Below are positions 9,548 through 19,211 of a stretch of DNA of 64,000 bases, one piece after another (position 1 is the first letter of the stretch; every line of letters begins with the position of its first letter). The DNA is from Candidatus Limnocylindria bacterium (GTDB taxonomy: Bacteria > Chloroflexota > Limnocylindria > QHBO01): positions 10,245 through 74,244 of the forward strand of contig JBBQXD010000010.1 in assembly GCA_038209995.1 (NCBI GenBank), written 5' to 3'. The notes under the pieces were generated by a model that worked only from the letters and a program-made list of their open reading frames with translations, ran no database searches and was not told the DNA's origin. Made by a program: the position numbers and the translations under genes.

Positions 9548-9627
9548 GACCTCCAGCCTGGGCCGGCATTCTGGGAGCCGCGTGGGACCTTGATTACGCT
9601 TCGTTCACCGCGCGTACACTCCGCCGC

Positions 9628-10980
9628 ATGGATCGTTACGACATCGTCGTCCTCGGCGGCGGGCCGGCCGGTGAGGCGGCGACGCACTATGCCCGGGAGC
9701 GTGGGGCGAGCGTCGCGGTCGTCGACCGTGAGCTGTTCGGCGGCGCGTGTCCGTTCTTCGCCTGCATGCCGTCCAAGGCGCTCCTCCACGCCGCGGCGGT
9801 GCACCACGGGGGTGGTGACTATCCGTGGCCAAAGGCGTCGGAGTTCCGGGACTGGATGATCAGCCGCGAGAAGATCGACTGGCCCGATGACCATGGTCAT
9901 GTCGCCTCACTCGAGGGCGCGGGGGCAACCGTCATCCGCGGCGAGGCCTCGTTCGCGGGGCCGGGACAGGTCTCGATCACGACCGATGATGGCCAGCGCG
10001 AGATCGCGACGGGCGCGGTGATCCTCGCCATCGGGTCGCTGTCGCGCATCCCCGACCTGCCGGGGCTCGATGCGATCACACCGTGGACGAACCGCGAGGC
10101 GACCGGAGCGCGCACCCTGCCGCGCTCGCTGCTCATCCTCGGCGGGGGGCCGACCGGCGTCGAGCTCGGCCAGGTGTACGCGCGTTACGGCGTCCCGGTG
10201 ACGATCGTCCACCCTCGCGACCACCTGAACGACCGCGACCATCCGCGCTCCTCGGAGTACCTCGCCGAGGGGCTGACCCGCGACGGCGTCACGTTGAGGC
10301 TCGGCGTCCGGGCGACGCGCGTCCGACCCGGCGGCGGCGCGGACGGCGCCCATCTCGTCGAGCTCTCCGACGGCAGCAGCGCGGCGGGTCACGAGATCCT
10401 GCTTGCCATCGGGCGCGACCTGCCACTCGATCGGCTCAACCTCGCCGCCATCGGCATCACGCCGGAGAAGGGCCGCATCAAGGTGGACGATCGGCTGCGC
10501 GTGACCGATGGGGTCTGGGCCGCGGGCGATGTCGCGGGTCCCGAGCTTCACACGCATCTCGCCCATTACAGCGGCGAGCTGGCGGCGATGGCCGCCCTGG
10601 GCGACGAGCGGCGCCCATCCTTCACCGCCATCCCGCGCGCCACCTACACGGACCCGGAGACCGCCTCGGTGGGGATGCGCGTGGAGGTGGCCCATGAGCG
10701 CGGGATGGATGCCGTTGAGCTGACGGCCGACGTTGCGACGTCTTCGAAGGGCGTCGTCAGCGACTCGCGTGGCCACGTGACGATCGTCGTCGACCGCGCG
10801 ACCCGCCGGCTGGTCGGCGCCTTCATGGCCGGGCCCGCCGTCAGCGAGACGATCCACGAGTGCGTGCTCGCCATTCGCGCGGAGATCTCGATCGACGTGC
10901 TGGCGGACACGATCCACGCCTTCCCGACCCTGGCCCGCGCGCTCGGCGGCCTTTTCGTCCAGGCCTCGCGCGAGCTCTGA
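9628..10980 (+). CDS. Pyridine nucleotide-disulfide oxidoreductase (dihydrolipoamide dehydrogenase-like)
   Basis: GGGPAG, redox-active CPFFACMPSK, GGGPTGVE, WAAGD and HAFPT motifs. Confidence 0.9.
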   Translation: MDRYDIVVLGGGPAGEAATHYARERGASVAVVDRELFGGACPFFACMPSKALLHAAAVHHGGGDYPWPKASEFRDWMISREKIDWPDDHGHVASLEGAGATVIRGEASFAGPGQVSITTDDGQREIATGAVILAIGSLSRIPDLPGLDAITPWTNREATGARTLPRSLLILGGGPTGVELGQVYARYGVPVTIVHPRDHLNDRDHPRSSEYLAEGLTRDGVTLRLGVRATRVRPGGGADGAHLVELSDGSSAAGHEILLAIGRDLPLDRLNLAAIGITPEKGRIKVDDRLRVTDGVWAAGDVAGPELHTHLAHYSGELAAMAALGDERRPSFTAIPRATYTDPETASVGMRVEVAHERGMDAVELTADVATSSKGVVSDSRGHVTIVVDRATRRLVGAFMAGPAVSETIHECVLAIRAEISIDVLADTIHAFPTLARALGGLFVQASREL

Positions 10981-10992
10981 CGCGGGTCGCGC

Positions 10993-11736
10993 GTGCCGCC
11001 TGATCCGCTGCTGCTCGCTGCCCTCTTCTTCGCGGCAGCGCTCCTCTACGCATCGGTCGGTCACGCCGGCGCCTCCGCCTACCTCGCCGCGATGTCGCTG
11101 GTCGGCATGGGGCCGGCGGTCATGCGCCCCACTGCCCTCGTCCTCAACCTGTTCGTCGCCACCATCGTCATCGTCCGCTTTCACCGTGCGGGCGCGTTGC
11201 CGTGGCGGCAGCTCGTCCCGCTGGCGATCGGTTCGGTGCCTGCGGCCTTCATCGGCGGCGTGATCCATCTCCCCGGCGAGCTCTACCGGCCACTGGTGGC
11301 CCTCGTCCTCCTCGTCGGCGCGTGGCGGCTGGCAACCGCCCGCACCTCGGCCGAGGCTGAGGCTGAGCGGCCCGGCGTGCCCTTCCTGCCCGGCGTCGCC
11401 GTCGGCGCGGGCATCGGCCTGCTGGCTGGCCTCAGCGGCACCGGCGGCGGCATCTTCCTCACGCCGTTCCTCGTCCTCGTCGGCTGGACGCGAACGCGCG
11501 ACGCGGCCGGCCTCTCGGGGGCCTTCATCCTCGTCAACTCGCTGTCCGGCATTGCCGGGCTTCTCACCGGTGGCATCGCGCTGCCCGCCGCCGTGCCGCT
11601 GTGGGTGGTTGCGGTGGTGGCGGGCGGCCTCATCGGCTCGTGGCTCGGCGCCGCGCGGTTCTCGATCCTCCAGCTGCGGCGCACGCTTGCCCTCGTCCTC
11701 GTCATCGCCGCCGTCAAGCTCGTCGTCTTCCCGTAG
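10993..11736 (+). CDS. Sulfite exporter TauE/SafE (TSUP) family protein
   Basis: YASVGHAGASAY and LSGTGGGIFLTP motifs; about 8 TM helices. Confidence 0.88.
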   Translation: MPPDPLLLAALFFAAALLYASVGHAGASAYLAAMSLVGMGPAVMRPTALVLNLFVATIVIVRFHRAGALPWRQLVPLAIGSVPAAFIGGVIHLPGELYRPLVALVLLVGAWRLATARTSAEAEAERPGVPFLPGVAVGAGIGLLAGLSGTGGGIFLTPFLVLVGWTRTRDAAGLSGAFILVNSLSGIAGLLTGGIALPAAVPLWVVAVVAGGLIGSWLGAARFSILQLRRTLALVLVIAAVKLVVFP

Positions 11737-11891
11737 CAGCGAGGCGGTCGCCTCGCGGGTCGCGTTGCTGGGCGGCGGGACGCTGGCGGCGCTGACCGGT
11801 ATGGCGCTCACCGTCGGGCGGCTCGTGGGAACCGGCTAGCCCGGGCGCGCCGTTGGACCGCCTTGCAGCCGCGTGCCACGATGCACACCTC

Positions 11892-12917
11892 ATGATCGCG
11901 CTCTCCCCGCTCCCCGTCGTCGACAGCCGCGCCCGGCCGCTGCGCGACCTGCGGATCAGCGTCACTGACCGCTGCAACTTCCGCTGCACGTACTGCATGC
12001 CGCGTGAGGCATTCGGGCCGGACCACGCCTTCCTGCCGCGTGCCGAGATCCTCACCTTCGAGGAGATCACGCGCCTCACCGCAGCCTTCGTCGCCAACGG
12101 GGTCACAAAGGTGCGGCTCACCGGCGGCGAGCCGCTCGTCCGCCGCGACCTGGACCGATTGGTCGGCATGCTGGCTGCCACCGGCGGCATCGGTGACCTG
12201 ACGCTCACCACCAACGCCTCGCTCCTCGCTGGAAAGGCCGATGCGCTCGCCACCGCCGGCCTCGGTCGCGTCACCGTCTCGCTCGACGCGCTCGACGACG
12301 CCACGTTCATGCGCATGAACGACGCGCGCATGCCCGTGCAGCGGGTGCTGGACGGGATCGCCGCGGCGGAACGGGCGGGGCTGGGGCCGGTGAAGCTGAA
12401 CGCCGTTATCCGCCGCGGGGTGAACGAGCACGCGATCCTCGATCTCGCCGGCCACTTCCGCGGCACCGGCACCACGGTCCGCTTCATCGAGTACATGGAC
12501 GTGGGCCATTCGAACGGCTGGCGGCTCGACGAGGTCGTGCCGGCTGCCGAGATCCTCGCCATGATCGGCGGGCGCTGGCCGCTCGCCCCGTTCGACGCGG
12601 CGTACCGCGGCGAGGTGGCGCAGCGCTATCGGTACACCGACGGTGCGGGCGAGATCGGGATCATCGCCAGCGTGACGCAGCCATTCTGCGGCGACTGCAC
12701 CCGCGCCCGGCTGTCGGCCGACGGGCGCGTGTTCACCTGCCTCTTCGCGACCCGCGGCCACGACCTCCGCGCCCTCGTTCGCGGTGGCGCGACCGATGAG
12801 GAGCTGCGGGATGCGATCGCATCGGTCTGGCGCGTGCGCGAGGATCGCTATTCCGAGCTTCGCTCGGATGCGACGGTCGATCTCCCGAAGGTGGAGATGA
12901 GCTACATCGGGGGGTGA
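11892..12917 (+). CDS. moaA: GTP 3',8-cyclase MoaA
   Basis: LRISVTDRCNFRCTYC radical-SAM motif, FCGDC...TC and C-terminal MSYIGG. Confidence 0.97.
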   Translation: MIALSPLPVVDSRARPLRDLRISVTDRCNFRCTYCMPREAFGPDHAFLPRAEILTFEEITRLTAAFVANGVTKVRLTGGEPLVRRDLDRLVGMLAATGGIGDLTLTTNASLLAGKADALATAGLGRVTVSLDALDDATFMRMNDARMPVQRVLDGIAAAERAGLGPVKLNAVIRRGVNEHAILDLAGHFRGTGTTVRFIEYMDVGHSNGWRLDEVVPAAEILAMIGGRWPLAPFDAAYRGEVAQRYRYTDGAGEIGIIASVTQPFCGDCTRARLSADGRVFTCLFATRGHDLRALVRGGATDEELRDAIASVWRVREDRYSELRSDATVDLPKVEMSYIGG

Positions 12918-12962
12918 CGGCCAGCGAGCGTACAGACGTATATACGCTCACGCCGCAAACGG

Positions 12963-14006
12963 TCAGCCCGGCCTGGGGGGATCGTGGATCGGCCCCGGGC
13001 GGTCGCGGAGCGGCCCGGCACGCGCACCGCGCAGGACGCCCATGATCTCGGCCGCGATCGCCAGGGCGACCTCGTCGGGGCTGTCGGCACCCAGGTCGAG
13101 GCCAGCGGGGGCGTGGAGCGCCTCGCGATCGGCATCGGTCAGCGGATGACCCTGGGCGGTCAGCTCGGCGAGGATGCGGTCGGTCCGGTCGCGCGGCCCC
13201 AGCACCCCCAGGTAGCGCACGCCGTGCCCGACGAACCCGCCCAGGAACTCCGCGTCGCGGAGAAGGCTGTGGCTCATGACGATGACCGCCGACACGCCTT
13301 CGGGACCGATGCGCGCCGCCGCCTCCGCCGCCGGCGCGTCGCAGCGCGCGGCCGGGTCGAGCGCAGGGTTCGCAAGCAGCCGCCGTCGAGGATCCGCGAC
13401 GGTCACCTGCCAGCCGAGCGCGTCCGCGAGCGCGACGAGCGGCGGCGCATCCGGGCCGGCGCCGCAGATGACGAGGTGGGGCGGCGACAGGATCGGGTCG
13501 AGGATGCCGTCCGCGACGCGCAGCGGCCGTCCGGAGGCCACTGCCTCAGCAGCTCCGCTGCCGAGCGAGGCAGCCTGGCGACGCTCGAGGATGCGTCGCT
13601 CGCCGGCGAGCGTCGTCCACAGATAGCTTGCTCGGCCATCGGACCGCGCAGCCCGGAGCGCGGCGACCGTCTCGGTGGCCAGCGCCGGCGGCTCCGCCAC
13701 GAGGTCGATCACACCGCGGCAGCCGAGGCCGCTGCCCCATACCTCGTCACCCTCGGCCGAGTGGTCGATTGTGATCGCCACCGGGACACCGCGCGCCAGG
13801 GCCTCGCGCGCCAGTTGGGCGGCCTCGTCCTCGAGGCAGCCGCCGCTCACGATCCCGACCGGGTCGCCGTGCTCCGGGACGAGGAGCCGCGCGCCGGGAC
13901 GTCGGTAGGAGGAGCCGCGCACGGCAACCACCGTCGCCAGGGCGTATCGCTCGCCGCGTGCCTCACAGGCCGCCGCGCCCGCGAGCACGATCTCCAGGTC
14001 GCTCAT
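12963..14006 (-). CDS. XdhC/CoxI family molybdenum cofactor maturation protein
   Basis: GSSYRRPGA, VSGGCLE, GLGCRG, YLGVLG and LHAPAGLDLGA motifs. Confidence 0.92.
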   Translation of the reverse strand: MSDLEIVLAGAAACEARGERYALATVVAVRGSSYRRPGARLLVPEHGDPVGIVSGGCLEDEAAQLAREALARGVPVAITIDHSAEGDEVWGSGLGCRGVIDLVAEPPALATETVAALRAARSDGRASYLWTTLAGERRILERRQAASLGSGAAEAVASGRPLRVADGILDPILSPPHLVICGAGPDAPPLVALADALGWQVTVADPRRRLLANPALDPAARCDAPAAEAAARIGPEGVSAVIVMSHSLLRDAEFLGGFVGHGVRYLGVLGPRDRTDRILAELTAQGHPLTDADREALHAPAGLDLGADSPDEVALAIAAEIMGVLRGARAGPLRDRPGPIHDPPRPG

Positions 14007-14086
14007 CGCACGATGAGTCTACGGAGGATCGTGAACCAGATGCAGTTCGGCTGACCGGCGCCCGAGCGGCGGGCTACGATGCCGGG

Positions 14087-15499
14087 ATGACGAGCACCGT
14101 TGCCCGCACCGCGGATCGGTCCAGCCTGCGCCTCGTGGGGGCCGATACGGTCGTGCCGCTCGTCACCGGCGGTGAGCGCCGCTATCTCAACCTTGATTAC
14201 GCCGCCTCCGCGCCCGCGCTTGCCTGCGTCGCGGACGCCGTCAACGCCCTCCTGGAGTGGTACTCGAGCGTCCACCGCGGCGCGGGCTTCAAGTCACGCG
14301 CCGCGACCGCGGCCTACGAGGGGGCCCGCGAGTCGATCCGCCGCTTCGTGGGCGCGCGTGACGACGACGCGGTGATCATCACCCGCAACACGACCGACGC
14401 CATCAACCTCCTGTCGAGCGCCCTCCCCGAGGAGGTACGGGTGATCGGCTTCGCGGGCGAGCACCACGCCAACCTGCTGCCCTGGCAGCGCCGGCCGGGC
14501 AGCACGATCCTCCCCGTCCCCACCTCTCCCGACGCGCTGCTCGACGGCCTGGAGCATGAGCTCCGCAGCGGCGGCAGGAACGTGCTGGTGACGATCACCG
14601 GCGCGTCCAACGTGACCGGCGAGCTCGTCCCGCTGCGCCGGGTCAGCACCCTGGCCCACGCGCACGGCGCCCGGCTCCTCGTCGACGCCGCGCAGCTGAC
14701 CCCGCATCACGCGATCGACATGGCGGGCACCGGGATCGACTACCTCGCGCTCTCCGGGCACAAGCTCTACGCCCCGTTCGGCGCGGGCGCGCTCGTCGGT
14801 CGTGGCGATTGGCTCGGCGGGCGGCCGTTCCTGGCGGGCGGCGGCGCGGTGCGCCTCGTGACGGTTGACGAGGTCATCTGGGCCGAGCTGCCGGACCGCC
14901 AGGAGGCGGGCTCGCCGAACGTCGTCGGCGCGGTGGCACTGGGGGCGGCCTGCGACGCCCTGGCGGCGTACGGGATGGATCGCATCGAGGCGGAGGAGGT
15001 CGCGCTGTGGGCGCACGCCCGCGCCACGTTCGCGGCGATCCCCGGCTGGGAGCACTATCGCCTTTGGGATGCCGATCACCCGCGGGTCGGCCTCTTCACG
15101 TTCAACCTGCGTCCGTACCCGCACGACCAGCTGGCCGCGATCCTGTCCGCCGAGCACGGGATCGGGGTCCGCCACGGGTGCTTCTGCGCCCATCCGCTGA
15201 TGATGGAGCTGCTCCACGTCGAGACCGCCGAGGCGGATCGGCTCATGGCCGCCACGCGCGCCGGTGGCCACCCGCACCTTCCGGGCGCTGCGCGCATCAG
15301 CTTCGGGCTGCCGACCACCGAGGCCGATGTCGATGCCGCGGCCGCCGCCCTGCGCGCGATCGCGACCGATGGCCCGGCGTGGACCTACGCGGTGGATCCG
15401 CTCAGCGGCGAGTTCGAGCCGGACCCGGACCCGCGGCCGATGCCGACGATGCCGTTCGCGATGGCGGCGCCCCACCTCCGCTCGGGCGAGTCCACCTAG
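14087..15499 (+). CDS. Class V PLP aminotransferase (cysteine desulfurase-like)
   Basis: LDYAAS, SSVHRG, EHHANLLPW, SGHKLYAP (PLP Lys) and RHGCFCAHP. Confidence 0.9.
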   Translation: MTSTVARTADRSSLRLVGADTVVPLVTGGERRYLNLDYAASAPALACVADAVNALLEWYSSVHRGAGFKSRAATAAYEGARESIRRFVGARDDDAVIITRNTTDAINLLSSALPEEVRVIGFAGEHHANLLPWQRRPGSTILPVPTSPDALLDGLEHELRSGGRNVLVTITGASNVTGELVPLRRVSTLAHAHGARLLVDAAQLTPHHAIDMAGTGIDYLALSGHKLYAPFGAGALVGRGDWLGGRPFLAGGGAVRLVTVDEVIWAELPDRQEAGSPNVVGAVALGAACDALAAYGMDRIEAEEVALWAHARATFAAIPGWEHYRLWDADHPRVGLFTFNLRPYPHDQLAAILSAEHGIGVRHGCFCAHPLMMELLHVETAEADRLMAATRAGGHPHLPGAARISFGLPTTEADVDAAAAALRAIATDGPAWTYAVDPLSGEFEPDPDPRPMPTMPFAMAAPHLRSGEST

Positions 15500-16827
15500 G
15501 CCCCGAAGATCACGCCGGGGTTGAGGATCCCCGCCGGATCGAGCGCGTGCTTGATGGCGCGCATGGCCCCGAGGTCGCCTGCGGCACGATCGAGCGGCAG
15601 CAGGTGCGCCTTGGCGCGACCGATGCCGTGCTCGGCGCTGATGCTGCCGCCCATCTGGATCACGAGGCGCAGCACCTCCTCGTCGAGTGCGTCGTCGTCC
15701 GGCGCCGGCCCGAGCAGGTTCACGTGGAGATTGCCGTCGCCGAGATGGCCGTAGAGGATGACCCGTGCCCGCTCCCCGACGAGCGCCAGGCAGCGACCCT
15801 CGAAGGCGGCGATGGCCGCGAGCGGCAGCGAGACGTCAAGCTTGTGTGGAACGCCGGCGGCACTGAGCGCCTCGGTATGCCGCTCGCGGTACTGCCACAA
15901 CCGCTCGCGAGCGGCCGAATCGTCGGCCATGAGCACGTCATCGGTCCCCTCCAGCGCGCGGCCGACGCTCTCCACTGGATCCGAGGTCTCCAGCAGCAGG
16001 TAGGCACCGGCATCGCGGCCGCCGAAGGGATGCGCGAGGTGCGCATGATCGAGAACCAGCCGCAGCCCATCGGCGTGGAACAGCTCCGCCGCCAGCAGGC
16101 CCGGCAGCGCACGACGCACTGCCGCCAGCCGTTCGAGCGCCGCGGCCGTCGACGGCAGCGCGGCGAGCAGCGTCGTCCGCCGCGGCGGCGCGAGGACGAG
16201 CTGGAGACGGATCTCGGTGATGACCGCCAGCGTCCCCTCGCTGCCGGCAAGGAGGCCGGCGAGGTCGTAGCCGGTGTTGTCCTTCGTGAGGCCACCGAGC
16301 CGCGAGATGACCGATCCGTCGGCGAGGACCGCCTCGACCCCGATGAGTCGCGCGCGCATCGGTCCATGGCGCAGGACGTTCGCGCCACCCGCGTTGGTGG
16401 CCACCATGCCGCCGATCGTCGCCGAGTCGCGCGCCGCGAGGTCCACCCCGACCTCCCAGCCCGTCCCACGCAGCGCCGCCTGGACCGATGCCAGGGTCGC
16501 CCCCGCTCCCACGGTGACCTGGCCCGCCAGCGCGTCCACCTCCCCGATGGCACGGAGCCGGGTCGTGAGCAGCACCACCGCCCCATCGGGCGGAACTGCG
16601 CCGCCCACCAGCCCGGTGTTCCCGCCCTGCGGCACCACGGCGACGGCCGCGTCCCGGCACGCCCGCAGCACGGCGGCCACCTGGTCGCGATCCGCTGGAC
16701 GGACCACGGCCAGCGCCCGGCCGCGCCAGCGGCGCGTCCAATCGGTCTCGAAGGTGGCACGCAGGTCCGGATCGGTCAGGCAGTGCTCGGCCCCGACGAT
16801 CGCGCTGGCATCTCCGACCAACGTCAT
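15496..16827 (-). CDS. FAD-binding oxidoreductase (D-2-hydroxyacid dehydrogenase type)
   Basis: PQGGNTGLVGG, KDNTGYDL, GSEGTL, GHLGDGNLH, SAEHGIG and DPAGILNPG. Confidence 0.92.
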   Translation of the reverse strand: MTLVGDASAIVGAEHCLTDPDLRATFETDWTRRWRGRALAVVRPADRDQVAAVLRACRDAAVAVVPQGGNTGLVGGAVPPDGAVVLLTTRLRAIGEVDALAGQVTVGAGATLASVQAALRGTGWEVGVDLAARDSATIGGMVATNAGGANVLRHGPMRARLIGVEAVLADGSVISRLGGLTKDNTGYDLAGLLAGSEGTLAVITEIRLQLVLAPPRRTTLLAALPSTAAALERLAAVRRALPGLLAAELFHADGLRLVLDHAHLAHPFGGRDAGAYLLLETSDPVESVGRALEGTDDVLMADDSAARERLWQYRERHTEALSAAGVPHKLDVSLPLAAIAAFEGRCLALVGERARVILYGHLGDGNLHVNLLGPAPDDDALDEEVLRLVIQMGGSISAEHGIGRAKAHLLPLDRAAGDLGAMRAIKHALDPAGILNPGVIFGA

Positions 16828-16987
16828 CGGCTGGGCCGTCGCAGAAGAGCCAACCAGCCTGGCCCTGGAGCGGAGATGGGCGCGGGGCGCTGCTGAATGG
16901 TCAGCCTGAACGGCAATGCGACGGCCGAGGGACCCTCAATCTCGAGAAGTCCGTCACAGGGCCAATCCACCTGGCACACCTGAATCC

Positions 16988-17977
16988 CTACGAGAGGCGC
17001 AGCTGCGGGATGACCTGCCTGCCGAACGCCTCGATGAAGGCTGCCTGGTTGCGACCCACATTGTGGAGGTAGATGCCGTCGAAGCCCATGTCGACGTACT
17101 TCTGGAGCGCCGCGCGGTGCTCGTCGAGGTCCGCGCTGATGAGCATCCGGTTCTTGAAATGCTCGATCCCGACCAGCTTCGCCATGTTCTCGAAGTCTTC
17201 GGGGTTGCGGATGTCCTGCTTCGGGAACGGCATGCCCCCATTCGGCCACTCGCGGACCGCCTGCTGCTCCGCCTCGGCCTGGGTCGGCGCCCAGCTGACG
17301 TGGACCTGGAGCTGGGTCTTCATGACCGAGGGGTCCTTGCCCGCCTCCCGCGCCCCCTCGCGGAACTTGTCCCACAGCATGCTGATCTTCTCGTCAGCGG
17401 CGCCGACGGTGATGATCCCGTCCGCGTACTTGCCCGTCCGCTTCGCGTTCACCGGGCCGGCGGTGGCCACGTAAATCGGCACCGGCTGCTCGGGGCGCGT
17501 GTAGAGCTTCGCCGACTCGAGGGTGAAGTACTCCCCGTCGTGCTTGATGACCTTGCCCATGAATAGCTTGTTGATGACCTCGATCGCCTCGAACAGCATC
17601 GCGCTGCGGATCCCGACCTCCGGCCACTCGCCGCCGATGACATGCTCGTTGAGTGCCTCGCCCGCACCGAGCCCCAACCAGAAGCGCCCGGGGTACATCG
17701 CGCCGAGCGTCGCAGCCGCGTGGGCGATCACCGCGGGGTGGTAGCGGAAGCCGGGGCAGGTGACCGCGGTCCCGAACGGCAGGCTCGTCCGCTGGCCGAG
17801 CGCCCCCATGAAGCTCCACGCGAACGCCGATTGGCCCTGCTGCGGCGTCCAGGGGTGGAAGTGCTCGCTCACCTGGAAGCCGGCCTCGAAGCCGGCCTGC
17901 TCCGCTGCCTGCGCGTGGTCGAGGAGCTCGGTCGGGTGGAACTGCTCGAGCATGCAGGCGTAGCCGATCTTCGTCAT
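16988..17977 (-). CDS. F420-dependent LLM-class oxidoreductase (G6PDH-like family)
   Basis: EQFHP, SEHFHPW, TAVTCP and GLGAGEALNEH motifs. Confidence 0.9.
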   Translation of the reverse strand: MTKIGYACMLEQFHPTELLDHAQAAEQAGFEAGFQVSEHFHPWTPQQGQSAFAWSFMGALGQRTSLPFGTAVTCPGFRYHPAVIAHAAATLGAMYPGRFWLGLGAGEALNEHVIGGEWPEVGIRSAMLFEAIEVINKLFMGKVIKHDGEYFTLESAKLYTRPEQPVPIYVATAGPVNAKRTGKYADGIITVGAADEKISMLWDKFREGAREAGKDPSVMKTQLQVHVSWAPTQAEAEQQAVREWPNGGMPFPKQDIRNPEDFENMAKLVGIEHFKNRMLISADLDEHRAALQKYVDMGFDGIYLHNVGRNQAAFIEAFGRQVIPQLRLS

Positions 17978-18178
17978 GCGGTGAAGGGTAGCCTCATCGG
18001 TCCGTCGGAGCCTCGCCACTCGGGCCACGCGAGCCCGGTGGTCGAATCCCGTTCGGACCGCAAAGGCACGAGCACGGGGATGTGGCTGGGCGGCAAACGC
18101 CTGACTCGGGCTCGTTCTGGGTGAAGGTGTCGCGGGCCTTGACCTTGCCGATGACCCCGAGGCGGCGCGCTCCCGGCC

Positions 18179-18409
18179 TTACCCCTTCTGGCCGGACATC
18201 ATCCCCTTCTGGCCGGACATCATCTCGTTGTGGCCGGACATCATCTGGCTGTTTATCATTGCGGTCATGTCGGCCATGTGGTCGGCGCATGCGGCCGCCG
18301 CCGAGGCTGGCGTGGTGCCGTTGGCAATGATCGTGCCGGCGGCACCAATGGCGAGGCCGATCGCGAGCGATCCGGCGATCAGCGCGCCGGCGAGTGGTTT
18401 GGCGATCAT
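18179..18409 (-). CDS. Small exported Met/His-rich protein
   Basis: Hydrophobic N-terminus followed by CADHMADM and three MMSG repeats; ATGA overlap with the upstream gene. Confidence 0.65.
   Translation of the reverse strand: MIAKPLAGALIAGSLAIGLAIGAAGTIIANGTTPASAAAACADHMADMTAMINSQMMSGHNEMMSGQKGMMSGQKG
18182..18246. repeat. 21-bp tandem repeat (about 3 copies) encoding the MMSGQKG heptads
   Basis: CCCCTTCTGGCCGGACATCAT x2 plus a degenerate third copy. Confidence 0.85.
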
Positions 18410-18633
18410 CGGGTACTCCCTGTTCCTTCGTGAAGAACCAGCCTGGCTCGCTCGAATTCATCGGAGTTGATTTCGCCACGGGCAAAGCGAGCCCGCAGGA
18501 TCGCATCGGGGTCGTCTGTCGGCGCGCGGCGGTCCGCACGTAGGATCAGCCAGACCATGACGATGAGGGCGAAGATCCAGACCAACATCCAGATCCACGC
18601 GCCGGCATCCATTCCCGAATTCCAGCCCATCAT
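18406..18633 (-). CDS. SHOCT domain membrane protein
   Basis: MMGW...TM helix...ILRARFARGEINSDEFE. Confidence 0.85.
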   Translation of the reverse strand: MMGWNSGMDAGAWIWMLVWIFALIVMVWLILRADRRAPTDDPDAILRARFARGEINSDEFERARLVLHEGTGSTR

Positions 18634-18721
18634 CAGGGCCTCCAGTTCTCATTCCGCCGGTCGCTTGCCGGGGTGATTTCGAGACTAGGGAACCCTGGTC
18701 AGAAATCCATGGAGGGGGTCC

Positions 18722-18748
18722 CAAGCCTGGCTCAAGATTGGGTCAAGG
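18722..18748. promoter_or_regulatory. Putative OmpR-family response-regulator site (11-bp-period CAAG repeats), copy 1
   Basis: CAAGCCTGGCTCAAGATTGGGTCAAG, nearly identical to 21932-21958. Confidence 0.7.
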
Positions 18749-18770
18749 CCGATCCGGAAGGGAGGCCGTC

Positions 18771-19124
18771 GTGGAGCTTGTCCATCAGGCGCTGGCGTAT
18801 GTGGCCGTCGGCGCCGTTGGCGTCGGCATCGTCTGGTCTATCGTTCTTACCCTGAGGCCAACTCGAGACCATCGCGGGATCGATCGGTTCGGAGTTGGCG
18901 TCGTCGGTCTTGTTCTTGTCGCCGCCGCGGCGGGCGCCGTGCAATTCGCCTCGGCTGCGCGCCCGAAGGAAGACCTCCACCTCGTGTATGCGGCCGTCGC
19001 GATCGGCCTGATCCCACTGGCTCGTTCGTTCATCATCGGGAACGGCCGGCGCGAGGCCTGGGTGACCGTCGCTGCCTACGTGGTCCTCGGCGGCGTCCTC
19101 TTCCGGTTGTTCAGCACCGGCTGA
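18771..19124 (+). CDS. Hypothetical 4-TM membrane protein
   Basis: GTG after GGAGG; hydrophobic helices; EDLHLVYA motif. Confidence 0.65.
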   Translation: MELVHQALAYVAVGAVGVGIVWSIVLTLRPTRDHRGIDRFGVGVVGLVLVAAAAGAVQFASAARPKEDLHLVYAAVAIGLIPLARSFIIGNGRREAWVTVAAYVVLGGVLFRLFSTG

Positions 19125-19211
19125 GACTGCGCGGCGCCTTTGTGGTTGGCGCAACGTCGCCCGACCCGTCGCGAACCGGTGGCTGTGCCCAGAACAGCGC
19201 GGGCCCGGCCG

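Noticed and set aside
11737-11839. Hydrophobic reading frame after the TSUP gene
   Set aside because: No start codon or RBS; at most a C-terminal remnant
14007-14086. SAM or Moco riboswitch upstream of the desulfurase-like gene or moaA
   Set aside because: Leaders are too short and appear leaderless; no conserved aptamer motifs
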